NCBI GenBank assembly: GCA_019429125.1
Contig: JAHYJO010000015.1
Span: forward strand, 1-37,118
Source: Nanobdellati archaeon
Lineage (GTDB): Archaea > EX4484-52 > GLR71
Length of the DNA: 37,118 bases
Direction of reading: 5' to 3'
The notes under the pieces are model-generated. The model saw only the letters and a program-made list of their open reading frames with translations, was not told the DNA's origin and made no database searches. Positions within the stretch are counted from its first letter, which is position 1. The number at the start of each line of letters is the position of its first letter. This document shows positions 30,282 to 37,118 of this stretch, in pieces. The translations under genes were made by a program, and so were the position numbers.

Positions 30282-30730
30282 AAAAATATAATCAATGAAA
30301 TCTTTTCTCAAGATAATTCTTTAAATGTTTCTCACTAGGAAAAAACATTGACTTTTGAATTTCATAAAAATTGAACCATTTAACATCTAAATAACCAGTA
30401 TACATCTAAAAGCCAAAGATATCAAAAATCACATAAAATCAATATTACCAAAAACATATTTTGAATAAACAATTAATGATTTAATATAAATGATTATATA
30501 AAATACACAAAAATACGATTTAATAGACAAATATAAACAGCATGAAACAAATTATAACGACTAAACAAAACATCAAAATATAGTTACTTTTCAATAACAA
30601 GCGCCGTCACAGACCAAAAACTTTATAATAGTTTAGATAAATATCAACTATTAAAGGTTACTTCAATGTAACCATCTATAAATTAAGTAATTTTTAAAAA
30701 AACTAAAAAAAATATTAAATGGTGATAACT

Positions 30731-30901
30731 ATGAGTTATATCGTAAAAAGCAAAATAAGAGAATTGGCAAAAAAAATTGATGTCAGCATATCAAGCGAAG
30801 CAGATGAAGTAATCTCAAAAGCTGTTGAAGACATAATAAAAAAAGCTGCAAAAAGAGCTGAAGCAAACGGAAGAAAAACCGTAAAAGCAAGAGACATTTA
30901 A
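30731..30901 (+). CDS. Short histone-fold protein (DUF1931 / truncated-alpha3 type)
   Basis: AKRAEANGRKTVKARDI (RxTxxxxD); SD GGTGA at 30721-30725; T-rich tract after the stop. Confidence 0.9.
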   Translation: MSYIVKSKIRELAKKIDVSISSEADEVISKAVEDIIKKAAKRAEANGRKTVKARDI

Positions 30902-30949
30902 TTAAAATCTCTCTTTTCCTTTTTTATTTTTATTATACAAATAAATAAC

Positions 30950-31612
30950 ATGTCTCAAAATTATGATTATATAAATCAATTGAAACAATCTTACATTGAC
31001 AAAAAAGAAGATATAGACAAAAGATTAGACTATTTCAGGTCAGTCTATAAAAAATCTGACAACTTCATATTCAAAGAGCTCTGTTTCTGTCTCCTGACAC
31101 CGCAATCTAAAGCACGATCCTGCAACATCGCAATCGAAAATATTTACAATAGCAACCTACTTTTCACAGCAACAGAAAAAAATATTGCAGATAACATAAA
31201 TCCGATTAGATTCAAAAACAACAAATCAAAGTACATTATCCTTGCGCGGACATTTTTCACAAATAAAGATACAAAAGATATATCGATAAAGAATCAAATA
31301 GACCTATTCCAAAACAACATACCAGAATTACGAAACTATCTTGTAAAAAACATAAAAGGCATGGGTATGAAAGAAGCAAGCCATTTCTTAAGAAATATAG
31401 GAAAAGGAGATAACATAGCGATACTTGACAGGCACATACTAAAAAACCTAAAAAGATACGGACAAATAACAGAAATACCCAGTACAATAACACCTAAAAG
31501 ATACATAGATATTGAAAATATAACAAAAACATTCTCAAAAAATACAAAGATTCCGATGGATGCCCTTGACCTTCTCTTTTGGTCAAATGAAACCGGGGAA
31601 ATATTCAAATGA
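30950..31612 (+). CDS. ogg: 8-oxoguanine DNA glycosylase / AP lyase (archaeal OGG2 type)
   Basis: ELCFCLLTPQS, HhH KGMGMKEASHFLRNIG, ILDRH, LDLLFW and a terminal K. Confidence 0.92.
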   Translation: MSQNYDYINQLKQSYIDKKEDIDKRLDYFRSVYKKSDNFIFKELCFCLLTPQSKARSCNIAIENIYNSNLLFTATEKNIADNINPIRFKNNKSKYIILARTFFTNKDTKDISIKNQIDLFQNNIPELRNYLVKNIKGMGMKEASHFLRNIGKGDNIAILDRHILKNLKRYGQITEIPSTITPKRYIDIENITKTFSKNTKIPMDALDLLFWSNETGEIFK

Positions 31613-31646
31613 ATAAATTATTAAATATTAGTGACAAAATATATAT

Positions 31647-32090
31647 ATGAATCCATTTCAAATAATAAAAAAGATACAAAAGATAGAATCAATTAACTTA
31701 AATAACCCAGAATATGTAGAAAATTATTTCAGATCACAATCTCCTTTTATGAAAAATGAAATAACTAAATATTATATACAGAAAAGTTGCGGCCAGATAC
31801 CAGACATATGCAAAGAGATTTATATTCAAAAAGAATACCCAATGCACATAAACCCAAAATTTCAAGCTTATGAGAATTATATAATCCTTGAAAGCATTAA
31901 AAACGATTCTGTCTGTACTTACAATTATAACCGATTACCTCCAGAACAAAAAGATGAAATCAACAGTATTTATGTAGATATACTGATGAAATCGATAACT
32001 ATAAACATATCAAAGGATTTCAAAGAGAAAATGAACGATATCAAAATTGAACATGAATTAAAACAAACAGCAATGCTTTCATTAAATTGA
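31647..32090 (+). CDS. Hypothetical protein
   Basis: 147-aa ORF filling the gap between ogg and uvrB; no motif recognised. Confidence 0.6.
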   Translation: MNPFQIIKKIQKIESINLNNPEYVENYFRSQSPFMKNEITKYYIQKSCGQIPDICKEIYIQKEYPMHINPKFQAYENYIILESIKNDSVCTYNYNRLPPEQKDEINSIYVDILMKSITINISKDFKEKMNDIKIEHELKQTAMLSLN

Positions 32091-32096
32091 CACCAA

Positions 32097-34061
32097 TCAT
32101 TTCTTCAACTCCGATATCTTATCTCTCAACAATGCAGCCTTCTCAAATTCAAGCATTTCAGCCGCCTCATTCATCAATTGCTCAAGTTCTATAATCAGCG
32201 TCTCTCTTTCAGAATCAGACATCTTAAGACTGTCTATTTTCTGTATAGCCTTTATATTTGAAAGTTCATCTTTAGGGATAATCCTGTCATGTACAGCTTT
32301 GACTATAGTCTTAGGAGTCATATTATGAACACAGTTATACTCATTTTGTATCTTTCTGCGCCGTAAAGTCTCATCCATCGCAAACTTCATAGAATCACTG
32401 ATTCTGTCCGCATATAATATGACTCTACCTTCACTGTTTCTTGATGCCCTGCCTATCGTCTGTATAAGAGACCTAGAATGCCTCAAAAAACCTTCCCTGT
32501 CGGCATCAAGTATGGCAACCAGACCAACTTCAGGAATATCAAGACCTTCCCTCAATAAATTGACACCTATAAGACAGTCAAACTTACCAAGCCGCAAATC
32601 ACGTATTATATCAGTCCTCTCAAGAGTCTTAATGTCAGAATGCATATATCTGACTTTTATTCCTTTAAGTGCCATAAATTCAGAAAGCTGTTCCGCCTGC
32701 TTTTTAGTGAGTGTTGTCGCAAGTGTTCTGAAACCAGACTCGTTCTGTTTCTTTACTTCAACCATTAAATCTTCAATCTGCCCTAAAGATGGCCTGACCT
32801 CAATATCAGGATCTAAAAGCCCAGTAGGCCTAATTATCTGTTCAACAACCTCACTACTTTTTTCAACTTCATAATTTTGCGGTGTAGCTGACAAATAAAT
32901 TATATTATGTATAGCTTTATTGAACTCCTCAAATTTAAGGGGTCTATTATCAAAAGCAGAAGGTAACCTAAAACCATAATCTATAAGACTTCCTTTTCGC
33001 GAATGGTCACCCGCATACATACCATTAATCTGTGGAATTGTAACATGAGACTCATCAATCACAATCAGAAAATCTTTAGGGAAAAAATTAAGTAAAGTTG
33101 ATGGTGCCTCACCAGGTTTCCGGCCATCAAAATGTCTGGAATAATTTTCAATGCCGTTACAGTATCCAATTTCGCTTATCATCTCAAGATCATATTCAGT
33201 CCGCTGTTCTAATCTTTGCGCCTCAACTAGCTTATTATTTTCAACTAAATATTTCAGCCTATCTTTAAGCTCAAGCCGTATAGTTTTTATAGCCTTTTTA
33301 GTAGTATCCTCAGGCACTACAAAATGTTTTGCAGGAAATATAAACATGTTTGAGACTTCATCTCTTAATTTCAATGTCACAGGATGAAGCTCTTTTATAG
33401 ACTCAACCAAATCACCTAAAAGTTCAATTCGAATTATTGTAGACTCATAGCTTAGATGTATGTCAATAACATCCCCACGTACCCTAAATCTACCTCTCTG
33501 AATTTCAGTATCATTTCGCTCATACTGCATATCAAGAAGACTATATATTATTTTTTCACGACCAACAATCATACCCTCACTGATTTCAAGAGACATAGCC
33601 TTATAATCTTTAGGTGTACCGATACCATATATGCAGGATACACTTGCAACAATTATAACATCATCACGCGTAAGAAGCGATCTTGTGGCAGAAAGCCTAA
33701 GCCGGTCTATATCTTCATTTATAGACGCATCTTTTGCAATGTAGGTGTCACTCTGGGGCAGATAGCTTTCAGGCTGATAATAATCATAGTAACTCACAAA
33801 ATATTCCACCGCATTATCTGGAAAAAATTCCTTGAACTCATTATAGAGTTGCGCAGCAAGAGTCTTATTATGTGTAATGACCATCACAGGTCGTTTCCAT
33901 TGAGATATTACATTTGCGACAGTAAACGTCTTTCCCGAACCAGTCACACCAAGAAGCGTCTGATGTTTTTTATTTTTCTTAAGTCCTGAAACAAGCGCAT
34001 CAATGGCTTTACTCTGATCACCTTTGGGTTCAAATTTCGAGACAAGTCTAAACTCCACCAT
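32097..34061 (-). CDS. uvrB: Excinuclease ABC subunit B
   Basis: GVTGSGKT, YYDYYQPE, DESH, NLLREGLD, QTIGRA and a C-terminal UVR domain FEKAALLRD. Confidence 0.98.
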   Translation of the reverse strand: MVEFRLVSKFEPKGDQSKAIDALVSGLKKNKKHQTLLGVTGSGKTFTVANVISQWKRPVMVITHNKTLAAQLYNEFKEFFPDNAVEYFVSYYDYYQPESYLPQSDTYIAKDASINEDIDRLRLSATRSLLTRDDVIIVASVSCIYGIGTPKDYKAMSLEISEGMIVGREKIIYSLLDMQYERNDTEIQRGRFRVRGDVIDIHLSYESTIIRIELLGDLVESIKELHPVTLKLRDEVSNMFIFPAKHFVVPEDTTKKAIKTIRLELKDRLKYLVENNKLVEAQRLEQRTEYDLEMISEIGYCNGIENYSRHFDGRKPGEAPSTLLNFFPKDFLIVIDESHVTIPQINGMYAGDHSRKGSLIDYGFRLPSAFDNRPLKFEEFNKAIHNIIYLSATPQNYEVEKSSEVVEQIIRPTGLLDPDIEVRPSLGQIEDLMVEVKKQNESGFRTLATTLTKKQAEQLSEFMALKGIKVRYMHSDIKTLERTDIIRDLRLGKFDCLIGVNLLREGLDIPEVGLVAILDADREGFLRHSRSLIQTIGRASRNSEGRVILYADRISDSMKFAMDETLRRRKIQNEYNCVHNMTPKTIVKAVHDRIIPKDELSNIKAIQKIDSLKMSDSERETLIIELEQLMNEAAEMLEFEKAALLRDKISELKK

Positions 34062-34152
34062 AAATATAATTAGAACTGATAAAAATAAAAATACTAATAT
34101 GAAATCAAATCAAAACTCAATTCAGATTTAGACAATAACATCTAAAAACTTT

Positions 34153-34836
34153 TTAATTTAGTCCTATCAACGTTTTTAGGTATGAACACTTTACTTGAAA
34201 AAAATAAGAATCACAATTCTTTTTTTCTAAACCGGGATATATTCTTTTCTGAAATTTTTTTGTAGCATCAATATAATTAAAACATATCTCAATATACCAC
34301 TGAACTCCCTCCCTATCATCACTAATTAAATTCATTAATTTAGGCACAGTTTCATCAAATAAATAATCAAACTGATAAGACACCGGGATTTCATCTTTTA
34401 ATTTAGATTTATTGTTAACAATATTACTCCGTAATTCATCCAAAAGTTCTGCAAAATTAATAAACCCAACGTATTTAATCGGTTTTATAACCTCAGCTCA
34501 AAATAAATCCAAAATAGAATTTATACATTTTCTTAAAAATAATTGATTCATGTTCGATTTCAAAATTCATAAAATATTTTTCACCATAAACATCATCCAT
34601 ACCATAAATTTCAATTATAGTATCTACAACACGATAAAGCGCATTTGTTTCAACCCACAAAGAATATATATTCATCAAATAATTAGAAGTACCATTATCT
34701 ATTTCAAAAATAGAATCTGCAAAAGCATTAGAATTAAGATTTAATTTAATGACATACTCTTTCACATCACCTTTATCAAAAGAAAACTGCCTGCCATAGG
34801 TACTATTTCATATGCAGGTATTACTCTATAAATCAT
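34153..34836 (-). pseudogene. Decayed hypothetical gene in at least three pieces
   Basis: Adjacent ORFs lack ATG starts, but coding-like sequence continues across frames (MIYRVIPAYE / GRQFSFDKGDVKEY / CINSILDLF*AEVIKPIK..LLDELR). Confidence 0.5.
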
Positions 34837-35191
34837 ATCAATCAATATTATTCATTTTAAGTGATAAAGTTTATAGGTTTATTCAAATTTTCAATCAATA
34901 CAAACATTTTATCTTAAAATTTAACAGTTATAAAACAGATACTGTTCAAAAAGTGAGTGATTTTGAATATTTATTAAATATTGTTCGTTTATAACTCCCT
35001 ACAAAATTTATTTAATATACGTATTTCACATCGAATTACAACAGAAATTAAGTACTTAATTAACTACATTTTGTTTGAAATCACTCAAAAATTAACAGTA
35101 CTATAAAACCGAAATATTTATATATTTAGATACATCAATAATATATTAATCAACAAATAGAAACAAAAAAATATATTGAAGGTAATTAACT

Positions 35192-36547
35192 ATGAAATCA
35201 TTTATAGAAAGTGCGCTTGCAGCAAGGAAAAGTTCTGAAGAGAACAACGCGGACAATGCTCCGCAAAATACTCCAATGAGTAATAATTATCCTAATAATA
35301 ATAGCAATATGCAACAGAACACCCAAAATCAGAATTATCAAGAAAACGAAGAGCAACAATTCAGGTCACAACCAGAACCTCAATTCCAAAGACAAGAACA
35401 GCAACAATATAGATTACAACCAGAACAGCAATACCCTCAGCAACAAGCACAACCAATCTCACAGCAAATAAGAGATAATCAGTCCTTCACAACACCTCAA
35501 CCACAGCAAATTATGCAAAATTCAGAAACTGTCGGTATGTTTGATGACGTAGCAGACGCAAGAATCACAGTTATTGGTGCCGGCGGTATGGGTAACAATG
35601 CAGTCACAAGATTGCACAGAATGGGGATAAAGGGTGCAGATACTATTGTTATAAACACAGACAAGCAACATCTATTGATTTCAAGCGCAGACAAAAGAAT
35701 CCTAATTGGAAAAGATTCAACAAAAGGTCTTGGTGCAGGTGGATATCCTAATCGAGGAAAAGAAGCGGCAGAAGAATCTATGAACGAACTTGAAAAAGCA
35801 GTTAAACCAGCAGACCTTGTATTCATAATCGCAGGCATGGGTGGTGGCACAGGCACAGGAAGTGCACCGATAGTATCAAAGATTGCAAAGAAAAACAATG
35901 CAATAGTCATAGGCGTAGTCACAATGCCTTTCAAGATTGAAGGTGGAAGGATACCTAAAGCCGAAGAAGGTCTTGCACGATTAAGACAAGAATGCGACAC
36001 AGTAATTGTTATAGAAAATGACAAACTTCTAGAAGTTGCAGGAGAGATGCCATTACAGCAAGCATTTGCAGTGGCTGATGAAATAATTGTTACAATGATT
36101 AAAGGTATAACAGAAACAATCTCAACCCCATCAATTGTAAACCTTGACTTTGCAGACGTAAAATCTGTCATGAAAAATGGTGGAGTAGCAGTCATAGGAA
36201 TAGGTGAAAGCAGCACTGCAGCAAGAGCACGAGAAGCTGTTGAAGAAGCAATGTCAAACCCACTTTTAGATGTTGATTATCAGGGTGCTACAGGTGCACT
36301 TGTCCACATAGCAGGCGGACCTGATATGAAACTTACAGAGATTGGCGAGATTGGTGACTTTGTCTCAAAACATCTTGACAGTGACGCATCCACAATCTGG
36401 GGTGCTAGAGTTGACAAGAATATGCAGGGAAAAATACGAGTTATAACAATAATAACAGGAATTAAATCCCAATACATACTTGGTCCTCAAGACATGCGCG
36501 AAGACGACAGAAATCTGGGAGAATCATTAGGTATCAAGATGGTCTAA
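35192..36547 (+). CDS. ftsZ: Cell division protein FtsZ (FtsZ2-like) with a Q/N-rich N-terminal extension
   Basis: GAGGMGNN, GGGTGTG, NLDFAD and PLLDVDYQGATGALVHIAGGPD. Confidence 0.97.
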   Translation: MKSFIESALAARKSSEENNADNAPQNTPMSNNYPNNNSNMQQNTQNQNYQENEEQQFRSQPEPQFQRQEQQQYRLQPEQQYPQQQAQPISQQIRDNQSFTTPQPQQIMQNSETVGMFDDVADARITVIGAGGMGNNAVTRLHRMGIKGADTIVINTDKQHLLISSADKRILIGKDSTKGLGAGGYPNRGKEAAEESMNELEKAVKPADLVFIIAGMGGGTGTGSAPIVSKIAKKNNAIVIGVVTMPFKIEGGRIPKAEEGLARLRQECDTVIVIENDKLLEVAGEMPLQQAFAVADEIIVTMIKGITETISTPSIVNLDFADVKSVMKNGGVAVIGIGESSTAARAREAVEEAMSNPLLDVDYQGATGALVHIAGGPDMKLTEIGEIGDFVSKHLDSDASTIWGARVDKNMQGKIRVITIITGIKSQYILGPQDMREDDRNLGESLGIKMV

Positions 36548-36589
36548 AATCATCAATTCTTTCTTTTATTTTTTTATTTATTACCCAAC

Positions 36590-36987
36590 TTTGACATTTC
36601 GGATTTTTTTGTTTTTTTTTGCGTTTTTTTAATACCTAAATTTGACAGATATTAGTATATTAATTGATTGCGTTTTTTATGTTTTTTCACCTATTTTTTA
36701 ATACTTCATTTGACAGTTTGTATTAGGAAATCAAAATATAGTATTATGGTTTGATCTATATTGAAATTCAGATTTAATCTAGAATAAAAATTAAGAAAAT
36801 TCACCAAAATTAGCCAAATGAATTTGACAGTTAGGCTAACATTTACAAAAATTAGGAAAAAATAGACATTTAACCTTATTTTTCTCCCGAAATTAATTTA
36901 TTTTTAGTCAAAAATCAAGAAATTTTTAAGTCTTTTGTGGATTTCAAGCTTTTTTATTGCGGTCAATACAATAAAAAATCAAGAAAT
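36590..36987. repeat. Non-coding region with iterated short motifs
   Basis: TTTGACA at 36590, 36641, 36709 and 36823; AAAAAT(C/T)A(A/G)GAAA about four times between 36786 and 36987. Confidence 0.55.
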
Positions 36988-36991
36988 TAAT

Positions 36992-37118
36992 CCTGACCTC
37001 CCATTATTTAGGCACATAGTTTTAACGCATCCAAAATATCTCTTTGCTTTTTCGTCACTTCAGTTGTTACCATTTCTCCATTCTGCAATTTAACTTTCTT
37101 TATTTTTTCAAGTTCTAA
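36992..37118 (-). mobile_element. Probable right end of an IS element: transposase C-terminus (37008-37118) and terminal repeat, IS1634-like
   Basis: The minus strand reads LELEKIKKVKLQNGEMVTTEVTKKQRDILDALKLCA*, similar from memory to archaeal DDE transposase C-termini, followed by a GC-rich end CCTGACCTCCC. Confidence 0.55.

Noticed and set aside
30292-30405. 37-aa minus-strand ORF MYTGYLDVKW...
   Set aside because: Short, with no motif and no clear SD or promoter; it cannot be supported.
34812-34994. 60-aa plus-strand ORF
   Set aside because: Very AT-rich and motif-free; it overlaps the start of the pseudogene.
35497-36477. Long antisense ORFs over ftsZ, and similar ones over rad50, copA, thiI and uvrB
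   Set aside because: They overlap well-supported genes completely and have no motifs of their own.

Overview
AT-rich archaeal chromosomal segment. The gene set (Mre11/Rad50/NurA, XPD, GINS, histone, OGG, FtsZ2-like, tRNA without encoded CCA, TATA-box promoters) and the many orphans suggest a DPANN-type lineage, which is an inference. It holds about 30 CDS, tRNA-Ile(GAT), two copies of a 257-bp MITE (13-bp TIRs, 8-bp TSD), the end of a probable IS transposase and a decayed pseudogene. The most unusual items are: (1) a full-length PEP synthase homologue that has lost catalytic residues in all three domains (including phospho-His->Asp and Cys->Gly) and carries an Asn-rich tandem-repeat linker; (2) an FtsZ with a Q/N-rich N-terminal extension; (3) a PadR-TRASH regulator with a palindromic operator between copA and a divergent UPF0016 transporter; (4) an XPD helicase tightly coupled to a SprT-like protease; (5) a ThiI without its PP-loop; (6) an unannotated structured ncRNA candidate at 200-377; (7) an iterated-motif non-coding region after ftsZ. 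All calls come from reading motifs by eye; no searches were run.
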